From Mobula birostris (Eukaryota), in assembly GCF_030028105.1 (NCBI RefSeq), contig NC_092379.1, positions 28,699,821-28,763,820 of the forward strand: 64,000 nucleotides of DNA. The letters run 5' to 3'. The notes under the pieces were generated by a model, which saw nothing but the letters and a program-made list of their open reading frames with translations, did no database searches and was not told the DNA's origin. A program made the position numbers and the translations under genes. Shown piece by piece: positions 22,516 through 36,146 of the stretch. Within the stretch, counting starts at the first letter, position 1. Every line of letters starts with the position of its first letter.

Positions 22516-23849
22516 GCCACTCTTTCAAAATGAACAAGTTTTAACAGACTTTCAATTCTTCGCTCTGACCCTCTTCGCGTGTCTTCTTCTTGCTGAACCC
22601 GTACCAGAATATGTCTCATTCCCTTCTTTGTCTCCCTCAACCACTCTTATCACCTATTTCTTCTCCTCTCTGCCCATTCTCTGTACCCCGCTCTTTCTTT
22701 CTCTTTTTTAATCATCCACTTTTGGTCTTTAACTTTCGTTCACTCACTTTTCCTTCCGCTCTCTCTCTCTCTCTTTCTATCTGGCACCCCCCCCCCCCCT
22801 TTTGCACGCCCTCCATGTGGATGCTCCTAATAGGCAAACATTCATCCTCGCATAGATATATTACTCCTTGTACGAAACTGTTACTAGGCGTTGTGGGTGC
22901 GTTGTAGCTCATGTAATCCTGACCCTTCACCCTCTTGTAGCCTCTGATCAGGGAGGTTGTGTTGTCTCAGGACGGGGTGTTGTTCGACTTTGATCAGCAA
23001 TCGTACTGCATTAGGGAGGGCTGACCATGCAAATATACATAGCGGAACCCTGCACAAAACCACTGGGGATATTTGAATCCAAGCAGTGGCCATTTCATGT
23101 CCAAACAACCTGAAATCTTCACCGATGTACTTTGCTACTGAGTTTCGCTCACATAAGTGAACCACGTGATACTTGCAAATATTTGGGTGCGCCACTTCGA
23201 CTTTTCTAGCACGACCCGCCCTCTAGCGACGGTTCACTGCATCACACCTCGCACAGACAGTATGTACTTTAAACATAAATTCACTTTGAACAATGACCGT
23301 TTCTCACAGTCCGGAAATGCAACGACCAAAATACTGTTTGCATTCTCTATCACGCTAAACATCTGCAGGATCTGTAGCATTATCGCAATGCTCAGTATAG
23401 CCACTGCAACATCCTTAATTTTAGCAGCATGGCACTTTCTATTCTTTGTTAAACTGAAAACAACGAGTTTGCCCGCGGTCTGTTTTCCTTTAGTGAGCCA
23501 CTGTCCTACTTAAATATATCGCAGTTCCACTCCGTCCTTATTGCTTCTCCATGCAGAAGCTCGAACAATGTGGCCAAAGACGACGTCATACTACGTTGCC
23601 AATCGCGATATGCAGTTGAAGCAAAGAGGGTGGGTGAATGCGCATTGCCGTATCCCGGAAATACATTATAAAGATCCAGTTTCGGTTTGCGTTGTAGTCA
23701 TGAACTGTTCCTTTACCTTCGCCGCCGTGTGTTGGTGATTGCAGCGCTTTTAAACAGGGCAAGTGACCACGGCTGATTTCAGTGTGCGCGCTACCACTTT
23801 CCCGGCAAAAGACGCCCTCCAGTGAGAGCTTTGTACATTACACAGAACC

Positions 23850-24417
23850 AATTTTTGTTCGAGACCCGCCGTCTTCATGCAACAGGTGGTACTCATTGCA
23901 CAGAGATAGATGCCAGAGTCCGACACAAGAGCTTTAACGATATTCCATTGAGCGGTCTTGCTGTCTTTGTACAGAGGTATACTCCAGAGTCCGGGAGAAG
24001 AATTCCAGAGATACTGAAATGAGTTGACTCTGCGTTTGTGCATAACAGCTGTAAACCTCGCCGGGCATTCTGAGTCCACGCCAGTTTTCCTCATCATATA
24101 TCTTCAGCAGTTGTTAGGAGATTCACCGCGATGATTGCCTTAGTTCGTGTGTAACTGCATTTCAGTGCTATCATCTGACTTTCGTCAGCCGATAATTCAG
24201 GAGCATCCTGATCACAGAATTGTACTTCGTCGTTCCTGCAATAAAGGATAGAATGCAGTGATTTCCCTGACTTGCACTGATCTACGCTCTCGCTGGTCAC
24301 GTGTGCAGCGTCTTAGCTGTCAGGATGACGAATAAACCTATTAGAAACTGGGGGACAGACGCTCACTCGCTTCAGCCCTGAAGGAATCGCAAATCACTTA
24401 CAACAATCTATCAACAT
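23850..24417 (-). pseudogene. Chimeric V pseudogene: family-B 5' part through Cys104 fused to a family-A FR3 and RSS
   Basis: ..HFSISGILLPDSGVYLCT, then out of frame KDSKTAQWNIVKALVSDSGIYLCAMST; junction ~23965-23970; RSS CACCTGT - 23 nt - ACAAAAATT. Confidence 0.85.
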
Positions 24418-24584
24418 GACAGATAAGGGAGAGTAAAACATATCAGATGTAGACTGAATTGGCAAAGCTCAACGATTGCTGGATAAAACCAGAACAAAGG
24501 ATATATGAGCACTAATCAGAAGCCAGTGATGTTGAAAACCCCTTGTTGCCTTTTCCCACACTATAAATCTCTTCCTCTCTCTCC

Positions 24585-24629
<45 letters not shown>

Positions 24630-25127
24630 GCCCCCCGACCCGTCTCACGGTTTGTAGAACACCTTACCACCCCTACATGTTGCTCAGAAGTGCCACAATA
24701 AAAGTGACAGTGTACTCGAACTGAATGTCATTCGAATAAACCAGCCTTTTATTCGCGAGTTTCTGATAGTGGGAAAAACATCTTTCCTTTCTACATATCG
24801 ACGTCAATAATATTTACTACTACAATCGCCATTAGAGTGATATCCTATCCAATATTTGCCCGGAATATGAAGACATTGTGCACGCAGAGATTCCTTCATC
24901 GTTGTGGAAATCTACCAAATATATTTGGGACGAAGATGTCAATGTGCACTCGAGCTTTACGAAAATCCGACGTGAGCGTGTGATCTCACATGGATTCAAC
25001 GTAAGTTCTTTCGCTTGTACGATTTGTCTTGGCAACTAACTCCCTGATGAAATGGACCTCGAGACCTTCATTGATTCATCTGCATCTTTTATAATGTTCC
25101 AGAAAAGGGCGCCCTCTGCCCATGGCC

Positions 25128-25600
25128 TGTTTTTAGGGGTCTTGCATCTCCCTGCGACGATATGAGTTCCAGGATACAAATGTACACGCGGGATTCCGAC
25201 AGAGGAACCGGGAGGACACGGAGAAATTTAAATGAACCATCTTCCTATCTGGCTGCGGAAAAGCTGTAAAGGTCAAGGCACATTCTATAGATTGTTACTG
25301 CTTTGTGTTGTACTCCTTCAGCAAGTATCTTAGACGTTCTCCTCGATACTCAATACAAAATAAAAGAATACAACTATTTTATGTCGAGTTATTTCAGTTG
25401 CATAATATTGGCTGCCATGCTCAGCAGTTAATTTAGGAGGATATTGCGCTACTGAATTTTTCCCGAGTGAAAACCTGTAATAAAGGACAGAATGTCTAGC
25501 CAGCCTAGCTTCGCATTCAACTGAATATATACACGCTGGTCCTTTTTTTGCAGAGATTCATTGTACTGCATGCTAAACATGACAGTTGGTGAAAGTGGGA
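25128..25600 (-). pseudogene. Decayed full-length V relic
   Basis: Acceptor context cctgtaataaaggacag at 25474; FR1 tcagcagttaatttaggaggatattgcgctactgaa; 3' end PLSESRVYICIL; degenerate RSS with CTAAAAACA. Confidence 0.7.
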
Positions 25601-27298
25601 GCACTGCAGTCGACGTTAATAAAATCATTCTGGTATTTAACATAATTTAAGCGATACTGGAGAATCAGGTCAGACCCACCTTGAATGTACCTTGATCATA
25701 AATAAGCACCGATCCGAATAGCCTTTGACTTTAATCCAGTGTCACTGTCTGCCTGTGTGTCTCATCCCTCATATTCCATCTCCCTTCTCACCACACCGCT
25801 ATCACACACACTAACTCTCTTCCTTAGAATTTAATAACAGTTGCTTGAATTAAACGAATATTGATTCCAGAAATACTTGAAATTAAGGAAAACAATAAAG
25901 GTCCAAGTATTTTGAAATCGGAAGTTTGTAATGCAATAAATAAGGTGAAGGAAGGAAAGGATGTTTTTTATCTTCGTCCTGTCGAGGTGTTTCAGCTCAA
26001 AATTCCGACTCTACTTTTATATAGACCTTGACTCCCCTGCTCAGTTCCTCCAGCATTAGGTGCGTCTTGATATAAAGGCAAATTCCATTCAATAAATAAA
26101 ACTCTCTTACTGCTCTGATCAGCTGAACAAGCGAGGAAAGAGATTGGCGATTCTTACGGGACATTCTGAGACTTAAAGCGATCGCGACATATCGCCGTTT
26201 GTTTCTTCATTAATTGACTTACCACAGCCAGTTGAATATCCCGCCTGCGCCGCAAGCAAAGCAACTAACTAACTGAAAACTAAGACAGTAATTTCTCCTC
26301 TTCCCCTTGGAGTATGCTCTTAAACCCCGCCATCAGCTCCACTGGTCTTCTCGTCGTGAACACAAGCATTTCCTTCTAACGCTTGCAGGTAACACGCGGA
26401 GTTTGGAAGAGGATTCTCTTACATAAAAGAGCGCACCATATCAGCAGCTGAACATTTGAGACTCTGTGCCCGTCGCTATCTTTGTACATATCAGAGACAG
26501 CCACCCATCGGACATCTGAGAGGTCTGCTCCATCCAATATTCCTTCTCCGCCTCTCGGGGATGTGCTTCACTCCCTTTACAATTATCAGGCTACGATGAC
26601 ATTGTTTCTCCGCCGGTGTATTTTGACTTTAATGTGGTAGGGATATAAGCGCTGATACCCACTCAGAATATTTCCCCTCGCTAGAGGATTCATTAGACCT
26701 TCCACATCAGACAACTCCGAAGCAACGAGATCAACTTGTCTTTGAAGTCTCCAACCTCAGCTACGGGAAACTCGGGTTGCAATTCGGTACTCTCACTTCC
26801 ATTGCACTCTTGTCTGTAGGCATGGACCAGCTTCTCCCGGGACCACAACAGCACGAGGCTAAGCAACTGCCGTCACATCTTTCCTAGCCTGGACGAAAAC
26901 GAAATCGTTGCCCACTGCTTGGTCAAACTATCTCCGTCACTGAACTTTGATCCATCGATTTGCGCAACGAAAGGCGGGAGGGTGCTTCATCCGGGAAATT
27001 TTGAGGTACTATGAAAAACGCACTCGACACAATTAGTATGATAAACAGAAATGGGACCCTGATCAGGATCAGCAGGATTCCAATAAAATCGGGATTACTA
27101 CCATTTCTAGTCTGTCTGTTAGTAATTACCTCCGCCGAACACTTTCTTACTGGCTTCCTTTATATGTTTTTTTTATTTGCCGCCCTTCCGTAACTTCCTT
27201 TGACTTCCTGTTTCTTTCATATTGCGTCCTCGTCTTTTCAACAGCTTTCGTTATCGCCATGCTATTCCAATCTCTCTCTCTCCCTCTCTCTCTCTCCC

Positions 27299-27341
<43 letters not shown>

Positions 27342-28981
27342 CCTCCCTCCCTCTATCACTCTCAAATTCTTAGGAACTACACGATTGCTCAAGTGGAAAG
27401 GTGACATTCGCCATGAGCGGAATAATTACCCTGTGTGAATTACTGATACTAATAAATTTCAATATTTCGTTGCACATCGTTGCACTGTAGCAGAGAATGG
27501 AACATAATACAGATCTCGATATATGCTACTATGTGGGCATTTATTTTAGGTAATGCACTTCTAATCGACTGCATTTTGCACGAGCGAGTTTGAGTCCCAC
27601 ACTTGCTGACTGAGGTAATTTCAAATAGGATTAGACGGTACGGTGTGATTTTATTACGACCCAAATGAATGAACGTTTGAATCAGAAAATCAATCAATTT
27701 CTGACAAGTTCAAATAACAACGTATTACTGAAACAATTACTGGACATAACTAGAAATACTCAGTCTACCTGGAAAGGACTATGAAGATTAAAGTTTCAGA
27801 CCCTTCATGAGACTGTGAACTAAGTTGGGCAGTGTCATCAATGGGATTGTTCCATGCATAACGCAAGATGAAAACGATAGTGGTAAAATATCAAGTTAGA
27901 AGTTTGCAAACAGATCATTTCATTCTGCTCTCCTTACTTCGACAGTAAACGGAACATTCTGTCTGTTCTCTTTTCCAGTCGTGCAGGTAATACATAGTGT
28001 ACAGGGATAGTTTCTGCTCTGCGTTTATAAGAGTAATGGGCTGCAGGATGAGATAGTCTGTTAACCCCCAATGCACTCGTTGTAGCCTTACTCTTTGCTG
28101 CCATGCATTATTTTGTTACTTTGGCTGTTACTTTCTTCTGCGTTCCAAAAGTGTTTATCTTATACTATCTCATCAAACAGTGCAATGAATTGTTCTGTAA
28201 GATTGGAACCAATTCAACATTTCACAGTGTGTTAGCACATTTCACTCTTTTATAAACGCAACTCTAACATCGATATTTAGCAAAATATTGGAAGGACGCC
28301 TTTGCCATTGACATATCTATTCTGGATACATTAAACAATCTTGTTTTGCCCTATCTTGTCACTCCTATTCCTTCTTCACAGAAAACTATCACAATTGTAT
28401 CCTCTCTATGTATCATACTATAGATCCATTGGTTGTTTAACTTATGTAAATTATCAATAAAATGAAAAGTATTTGTCACAACATCCTATCTTTCAGTGGC
28501 ATACCATTTGTTAAGTATCGTCAATCCGAGAAACATCGATTTCCCACCACTCTCTGGTTTTCTTTATTGAATCAATGTCAATAGATTCCACATGAGCATT
28601 CGCCTTGATCTGTATAATTTAATGTTGCAGCGCATTCAATGTTTTCTATTTCCAAGTTCGAAGACAACCTCACTGTTTTTTCCTCATGAATCCCTAACAA
28701 TATGGCAAAAAACAACATTGAATATAGTTGGCAACCGTGATATGGTATCCCATGCAAAAGAAGGTATTTAGATATTGTAGATATCAAAGAAATGCAATGT
28801 AATGCTTTCATTTGAGTTGAATGCAAGAATAGTACTCAAGCTCGACAGCTTTTGCGACCGAGCGACGCCCTTTTAGGTCGATCACGTTAATTTACTAATA
28901 TCTGTGTCCTCTCCTTGCAGTTAAATGGCAAAACAGGCCCTCCACTGACATTTATTGAATCACGCAGAGCTGTTTTATTTT

Positions 28982-29670
28982 TGTTTTTGTCCGTACCGGA
29001 GGTTTCCCTGCAAGAGCGTACTTCCTCATAACACAGAGGAACATGGTGCAGTGCAACAAAGAGCTCCAAGATATTCTTGGCATTAACTCTAACCGGACAT
29101 TATGGAGAGCGATCGAAATTTTCCTGAAAGTATTTTACAGATTCCCCGTAATGCTGACTGTACTAAAAGTAGTTACGCCAGCACTAGTGTTGTGTTTTCT
29201 CTTTCTCAAACATTAATTGAAGGAAACCCTACATCCCTGATTTTTTCACTCAATGAAAGGTAGAATGTTGGAAGATGCCTGGCTTGCACTAATCTTACTA
29301 GAAATCAGTTGGACGCCACTTCCCGACATTTGCTAGGCAAAAGGCCAGTGCAAACTATAAGGAACAAAAGAATGGCGCATGGCGTCGGACTTCTGACTCT
29401 GTCGAAAGGAAGTCTATTTCCAAATAGCTACTTTAAATTGAGAGATATTGGAAATCACTAGTATAAGTAAAATTCAGTGTTATGGTCGGTCCTTCTTCGA
29501 GCTTTAATTCGGGAGGGTCCTGTTTCACTAAATCTTCCTTCTCGTTCTGCAAGAAAGCACACGTGTTTGAGTATCCCTGGTTTGCAATAAAACCACGGGG
29601 CACTGATTGTTCATCACAGAGACTCACCGGACAGAACAGATAATATAAACAGTAAGGAACGGATAGTGTT
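28982..29670 (-). pseudogene. Split V pseudogene (about 265 bp of foreign sequence in CDR1)
   Basis: Leader donor 29627-26 with ATG lost; FR1 DLVKQDPPELKLEEGPTITLNFTY (Cys23>Phe); 3' half 29190-29021 ends MFLCVMRK; RSS TACGCTC - 23 nt - ACAAAAACA. Confidence 0.75.
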
Positions 29671-30169
29671 GGCACAGGCGATAGATCAGAAGCAAAATTG
29701 TAGGGTGAGATTGGATCAGCGACATCGGTCTCCGTGGGGATGACTTGGGGCGTTGTTCTGCTAAAGTATTAGATGATAATGCGGAATTGGATTTATTTAG
29801 GCAGAATTCGTCATTCACTTTCGTTCTTTTCCTCTCTGCTATTTTCTCCGTTCCATCAATCATCGAAGTCATCAGAGAATCTGATAACTATCGTTGCCCT
29901 ACAGTCTCCCTACACCCTACATGCCTACCTTTCCACAAGTGTTTAAGTTTGTCGTTCCCCCTTTACCGATGGTGATCTTCCTCTCATGGCCCCTGCTCCG
30001 TTGCAGTCGCTGAAACATTGAGTTATTGAGGATCCAAGACAAATGGGTGACGTGGTCGAGTGTTCAAAATGGACTAAATTTCCATTGTCTCTACATACGG
30101 GGGTTCCAATCCCACCCTGGTCTATTGAAGTAATTTCTGCTTCTGTTTATCAGTGTCGATGCATTGACT

Positions 30170-30980
30170 TTTTTTTAACGGAAAAAATGGACGTTTAAAT
30201 CCGAAATGACGACTAACGGCGACTCCTTTGCTTGCAATTTCAGAAACAGCTCTATTTCCATTTTGAATATCTCTATTTTCCCCTTCCAGGATTCTTTTGA
30301 AGAGCCTGACCGGGAGCTACATGCTGACTTTAGATCTTTGCGGAAATGGGGCCCGCTCCCAGAGTTCCACGACTGGCCGTCATTCGATGTCAAGGATGCG
30401 GCCTAATAAATTAGTGGCTCTGGAGACGGACGGACCGAAGGTCGGTGTCTCTGCAGCAATCCGGCGTGTCCAGCGCACGGAAGAACGAAAGCAGCGAGCT
30501 GGCTGCTGGCTGTGTGCCCCTAGACCCTCTATATTTAGGCACAGAGCTCGGAAAACGGACTTTTGACATTGCAAATCGCTGATGTTCGTTATGTCTCTCC
30601 TCTGAATGTGAAACGGAGACACCTCTTTCTCCCTTATACGGGAGACAGAGACCTGTAATATGTCGAATAACGGGTGAACAAATAGTCTTTCGGGTAGTGC
30701 AAGTCTGGGTCTCTGCTGATGCTTTGCTGCACGCTTTAGTGCACGGTGGTGGGTGCCGATGCTTTTTTTGTTGCTGGTGGGGGAGAAGGTATTGTTGATT
30801 TGCTGCTGATACGCCTTGCACAGAGGAGCTGTGGGTTGTCTCTGGGGTTCTAACATTTAAATGTCGTTCATTCTTTGGGGGCACTCCTCTCTTTTTCCTG
30901 GATGGTTGCGAAGAAAAAGTATTTCAGGGTGTATAAGGTATATATTTCTCTGACATTAATTGTACCTCTGAAGCTTTTGA
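30170..30980 (+). mobile_element. Unclassified interspersed repeat with a LINE-like 3' end
   Basis: GC-richer island ending tttcagggtgtataaggtatatatttctctgacattaattgtacc; no V homology seen. Confidence 0.3.
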
Positions 30981-31349
30981 AATCTCAGCAGTGTTGACAA
31001 AAGGATAATTAGGGCCCCATGGCTTGAATTACTCAGCTGGTCTGAAAAGGTCTGAGGGGGGAGAACGTTCAGGTTTTTCATCAGCACGTTCTCCTGAAAA
31101 TGTCAAAGGGCACTAGCGCGCAAAAAAGAGAAGTCTCATATATCTTATATTCATCAGTATGGCCATTGCTGATCCAGGGTGAGAGGGTTAACGTGATTAT
31201 GGACTCCTTAGATCAATTTATCGTAAAATAAAACTCGTTGAAGTCAACGTGGAAGAGCAGAGCCTTTCCAAATCAGTTTGAAGTATTCTATATGCGTTTT
31301 GAACAGAAGAGAGCAGCTACGTTACGATCCAAACAGAGATGTTCCAATG

Positions 31350-31470
31350 CAAATGAAGCAACAGTCAGCGCCGTGGACGTAAGTTCCATCATCAGGAGAC
31401 TTAACCTCTGGAAAGTACCTGGACTGGGTGGTGTCTAAGGCACTGCGGTTGGTTGCTGCACAACTCAGTT
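31350..31470 (+). mobile_element. Rex1/Babar-like RT fragment
   Basis: TVSAVDVSSIIRRLNLWKVPGLGGV resembles the N.RKA.GPDG region upstream of LINE RT. Confidence 0.45.
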
Positions 31471-31974
31471 CGTGGGGCTACATGCTGAACATTTTCACCT
31501 CGTCCCACTTCCATATGAGGTTACCACCTGGCTTAGAATATCACTATTCAGTTTGCACCTCAGAACAAATATAAAGTAACGTGCCTAATTGACCACCGGC
31601 CAGTGACTCTGAATCTCTGAATCCATCATCATTACGTGATAATGGCACAGATTAACTCCAGCTATCCAGCCAAACTCGACCCACTGCTGTTCACTACTGT
31701 GAAAGCTCTACTTTCTAGTCTTACATGCATCTACAGGTGTGCTTTTATGTAACCCACATTCGCTAGACAGCTGTTATCGACTGCGCTATGTAATATCCCA
31801 GTTTGGGTGCGTGTTGTAATCAGGAACAGTTCCTTTAGCTGCGGCGCCCTGTGCTGCTGATTGCAGCGATCTTAAGTAAGGCAGGAAACCATGGCTGATT
31901 TCCGGGTGCGCCCCTCCCACTTTCTGGGCAAAAAGACGTCCTCCGCCCAGAGCATTTTGCATTATTCAGGACCA

Positions 31975-32447
31975 GTTTTTTGACCGGACTTGCCATCTGC
32001 ATTCAACTTTATGACACTCATTGCACAAAGATACATACAGGAGTCCGAAACATGAACTTAAACGATCTGCAATTGAGCTGTCTTGCTGCCTTCCTGCAGA
32101 CTAGTATTAAATCTCTCTGGGCAATGTGGACGCCGCTCCATTCTTCCTGTGCTACATACCGTCAGCAAATAAATTGGAGGTTTTCCACAATGCTCAATCC
32201 ACAAAAACATATCTGCATCATCGTTGGTATAATTACAGTTCAGTGATATGGTCTGTCCTTTTTCAGCCGTTACGTCGGGAGGATCCTGTGTCACTAAGTC
32301 ATTGAACTACTCGTTCCTGCAATAAAGGGCAGAATACATCAACATCGCTGTCTTGTATTGAACGCTGAGGAAATTCGCTGGCCACCTTCGCAGAGACTCA
32401 CGAGGCAGCACAGGCAATTCAAACGCTAATGAACAGAGGGACATCAT
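31975..32447 (-). pseudogene. TCR V pseudogene, family A
   Basis: Leader 32447-32402; 2-nt frameshift near the exon start; TAA in FR3; heptamer CATAAAG. Confidence 0.9.
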
Positions 32448-33044
32448 GTTGTCTAATCTCTTGCTGGATCGACCAGTAGACTCTTTCTAGGCCGTAAATA
32501 TCACTTAGCAGTTACTGTTGTGTGGGATCGTTGAAACGGTACCGTTTACTATGTGTAACACCGGGGACGTTTCCCTGGTTAAAGAATTCGCTAACACTAA
32601 GAACCGAGCCTTTCTGAGCGCCAGTCAGAATCCGTTTTGTTTTATTCGTCATTCAGGGTTTTTCTCCGCTCAGTCAAGGTCCCGCGTCCACTCCCCGCCC
32701 TATCCCGTCTCTCTGTTTCTCTTTCTCTCTGTCTCACGCCCTCTCTCTCTAAGTGTGCCCAACTGCCTCTGTCCCCTGTTCTCTGCATAATCACAGCATA
32801 TTCACAAAATTATCGATGTGTAATCCAAATCAAATATGAAGTTCACGTGGTCACTTCGTCGTCTTCGTCAATGTTATGCTAGAAGTATTTATTTATTCAT
32901 TTGTTTATTTAGTTAGTTATTTGAAGATATATCCCATAATTGTCCCTTAGATCAACATTTATTTGTCTTTCGTCAATATTCAATGTCAACAAGTGTTAAT
33001 CTGGTTGTTCCCTAATCTTTGTTTGCTGTTAGGGAACTAATCTC

Positions 33045-33549
33045 CTATCCATGCCAATAGACTCCTGACATCACCCTTTATGCAACCACCACACCTTTCG
33101 TTAAAAAAAAAACAACACACATCTGGCAGTCCCCTTATAATTTCTTCCTATCGCCTTAAAATATCGTCCTCTCTCATGACCCGTTTCCACCCTTAGGTAA
33201 AATCGCTGGCTGTGCACTCTATCTTGCCTCATGTCATATTATACATAGCTCTTAACTAACCCCTCATCTTCCGTCTTTCCAAAAAAGGTACTTGTTCGCA
33301 GAAACTGAAATGTCCCGGGAAATGTACATGCACTTGCGGATGTGCAACTGAACTTCAGCATTACGATTCGTCCTCCTTTAATCATCAATGCAGAGAGCTT
33401 AATCCTTCCCAAACGATTGTACAAAAGAAGGACAAAATGACTGAACATCCATTGCTCCTGCTGCACCTGCAAGACACCCACTGTATATTTGCCCAAAGAC
33501 TCACCGAGCACCGCAGCCCATATATTCAGTAACAATCAAGGAAGCACAT
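33045..33549 (-). pseudogene. Ancient V relic, family E
   Basis: Leader ATG at 33549 reading ..LLNIWAAVL-G with GTGAGTC donor; exon ..GRIVMLKFSCTSASACTF..; ends SGVYWH. Confidence 0.6.
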
Positions 33550-34290
33550 GGTGTCTGCATTCAAGCGCAATCTAAATCCAGATTACATACAAGAATTTAA
33601 TACCACAGATTTGAAAGAATGGTATCAGATACGCCACACCCTTCATTTCGCGTAAAACCTGCGAACATTGCTCTGCTAAATGGGAATTGAACCGGGGAAG
33701 GCACAGCTGAGCCTGTTTAATCACCGATCTGACTGGAACTACTACACTCTGTTTAGTTCTATATTTCTGTTCTACTTGTCGATCTCAACCGTCATCTCTT
33801 CGTTCCTTCTTTCTCCTATATTTCCGTCCCTGTGTCACTCAATCGACCTCTGTCTGCTTGTATATTCCAATCTTCATTTTTTCTAAATCATCAATGCAGA
33901 TATTAACTAGTTGTGAGAACATCGTTTAATCCATTTCCAGTCCACTCGGGATTCATTTTCCATCCGGAAGATAAGCACCCATTTATCTCCACTTTGAGGA
34001 AGCTAATGTTAATAGACGCCATCTGAAATTTATCTTCATCTAAGCATTCAGTGTTACAGCTAATAGGATGCTGTCTGGCCATATACGCCTTCAGTATCCC
34101 CAGGTTGCAGTCATCTTCACTGCTAATCCCTCAAGGTGGAGAAGAATTACGCCTATAAAAAAAAAATAATAGCCGCAATTATTGTTATAGGCAAGAAGGA
34201 TCGACGTGGTCACCGAGATGCAGTGGAAATGCTCCAGAAAACTACCATGAAATCCCCAGGGAAAGCAAAATTTAAGAAGTGTTCCATAAA

Positions 34291-34508
34291 CGTGTTCCAC
34301 GGGCAGCAGTGGAGGCCAAGTCATTGGGTGTACTTAAGGCAGAGATTGATAGGTATCTGAGTAGGCAGGGCATCAAAGGTTATGGTGAGAAGGCGGGGCA
34401 GTGGGACTAAATAGGATAAAATGGATCAGCTCATGATAAAATGGCGGAGCAGACTCGATGGGCCGAATGGCCTACTTCGACTTCTTTGTCTTATGGTCTT
34501 ATGGTCTT
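34291..34508 (+). mobile_element. 5'-truncated CR1 insertion (218 bp) with TSD ATAAA
   Basis: ATAAA at 34286-90 and 34509-13; tail ggagcagactcgatgggccgaatggcctact...(ATGGTCTT)n; empty site in the paralog near 20050. Confidence 0.85.
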
Positions 34509-34633
34509 ATAAAGTTGGGCGCATATTGCTGCTGAAAGCTGCGTTTTAAGTTCACCACGTGATCCTCATGCTCTGTGCCTGCAGCTGTTCCAGTTTCCCA
34601 GCAAAGGTCGCCCTCCAGTGATCACACAAGGTT

Positions 34634-35150
34634 GGATGTTGCCCGTAACCGCTGTCTCCCTGCAACACTGAGTGGTCCATTGCACAGAGGTATACGCCAG
34701 AGTCCGGGACAAGAATTCCAGAGATATTTAAATGAGCTTATTCTGCGTTTGTGCACATCAGCAGGAAACCTCGTCGAATATTCTGGAGGCCGCTCCAGTG
34801 TTCCTGATCCATCTAGTTTCAGCAGTATTTTTTTCCGAAATTTGCCGCAATGCTGAGTGTATCCAAAATATTTGCATTAGTTCGTGTATAATTTCAGTGT
34901 TATGATCTGACTTTCGTCAGCCATTAATTTAGGAGCATCTTAGATCATTCAATTCCTCCCTCTCGTTTCTGCAATGAAGGGCAGGATGCAGTAATATCCC
35001 TGACTTGCACTGAACTAACGTGGCACTCTCTGGTCATGTCTGCAGGATGACGAATGTAATCAATGATAAACGTAGGGAACACATACTCCTTGGCTTCAGC
35101 CTCCATAGAACGGAAACTTACTTCCGAGAATTTATCACTACGACAAGTAT
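34634..35150 (-). pseudogene. TCR V pseudogene, family B
   Basis: Exon 34968-34673 with an early TGA, ending AHLNISGILVPDSGVYLCAMD; heptamer CTCAGTG; nonamer degenerate. Confidence 0.85.
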
Positions 35151-35689
35151 TGAAGAGTAAAACTGTATCAAAATAGACTTCACGGTGCCCTGCTCAACGA
35201 TGGCAGATAAAACAAACTGAGACTACATGAGAACGAATCAGAATCCACTTTCTTTGAATTCGCATGTTTGCCTTTTTCCCGATGCTATAAATCTCTCTCT
35301 CTCTCTCTCCCTGCTATAAATTTCTCTCTCTCTCTCTCTCAGTCTCAATCCGAATATTAGCTTCTACTTTTTTTTCGATTTATCCACCTCTTTTGTTTGC
35401 TCTACAGGCTCACTCTCGCTTACATTGCCATTATATCCTGCTCTCCCCCTTCTTACACTATGTGAAACCGTGCGAAGCAACATATCATTGGTTCATTCGC
35501 AAAATGTTGACTTTCAGCTGTTTCTGTTATCTAAAATCATCAGTCTTTTAAGTTGTTGACGAATTCCTTTCAATCTTTTAGCATTCCGCTGGATATTCCT
35601 TGTCAATAGCACACAAAATATTTATTGCCGTGTACCAGCTGGACTTGGATGCTGAGGGGATACCGAAAGCACCCGTTAGAGCAAGCAAA

Positions 35690-36146
35690 TACTGCGAACA
35701 CAGGTGTCCGGATCCTGTATCGCTGTGGGAATTTGAGTGCTGATCTGCGAACGCTATTCAGTGGTGTCCGGCACAACGTTGCCGAAGATGTTTAAGCCTT
35801 TTTTGCCGAGAGACCGGAAAAACTAAACGGACTGCCCTCGCATAGACTAAATCTCCAATCATGAATATTTTCATCGGTTTTCCAAAATAATCAACGCACA
35901 ACATATAGGCTCTGCCAGATTCCAAGCAACTGCAAATCAATGACATGGTCTGCCCTTACACGTCCATTAAATCCCTCCTATTAGGGTCACCAAATCTGCC
36001 CCACTCGTACCTGTAAGAAGTCCCGAATGTGTGAGGGACGCCGGAACGCAGTGACCCTGCAGGACACATTCTGACGGATTAGCCAGATTCAACAGCCAAG
36101 GTAGTCGATACAGAGAAATTCCAGGGTGTAGCTCTGGCGGGAACAT
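35690..36146 (-). pseudogene. V relic, family C (uninterrupted copy)
   Basis: Acceptor 36012-11; GTSGADLVT...GQTMSLICSCLESGRAYML; leader ATG at 36146. Confidence 0.65.

Noticed and set aside
25043-25075. CTGATGA hammerhead core
   Set aside because: No downstream GAAA with compatible stems
32186-32209. CACAATG...ACAAAAACA on the plus strand as an inverted RSS
   Set aside because: The spacer is only 8 nt, and the motif lies inside a V pseudogene exon
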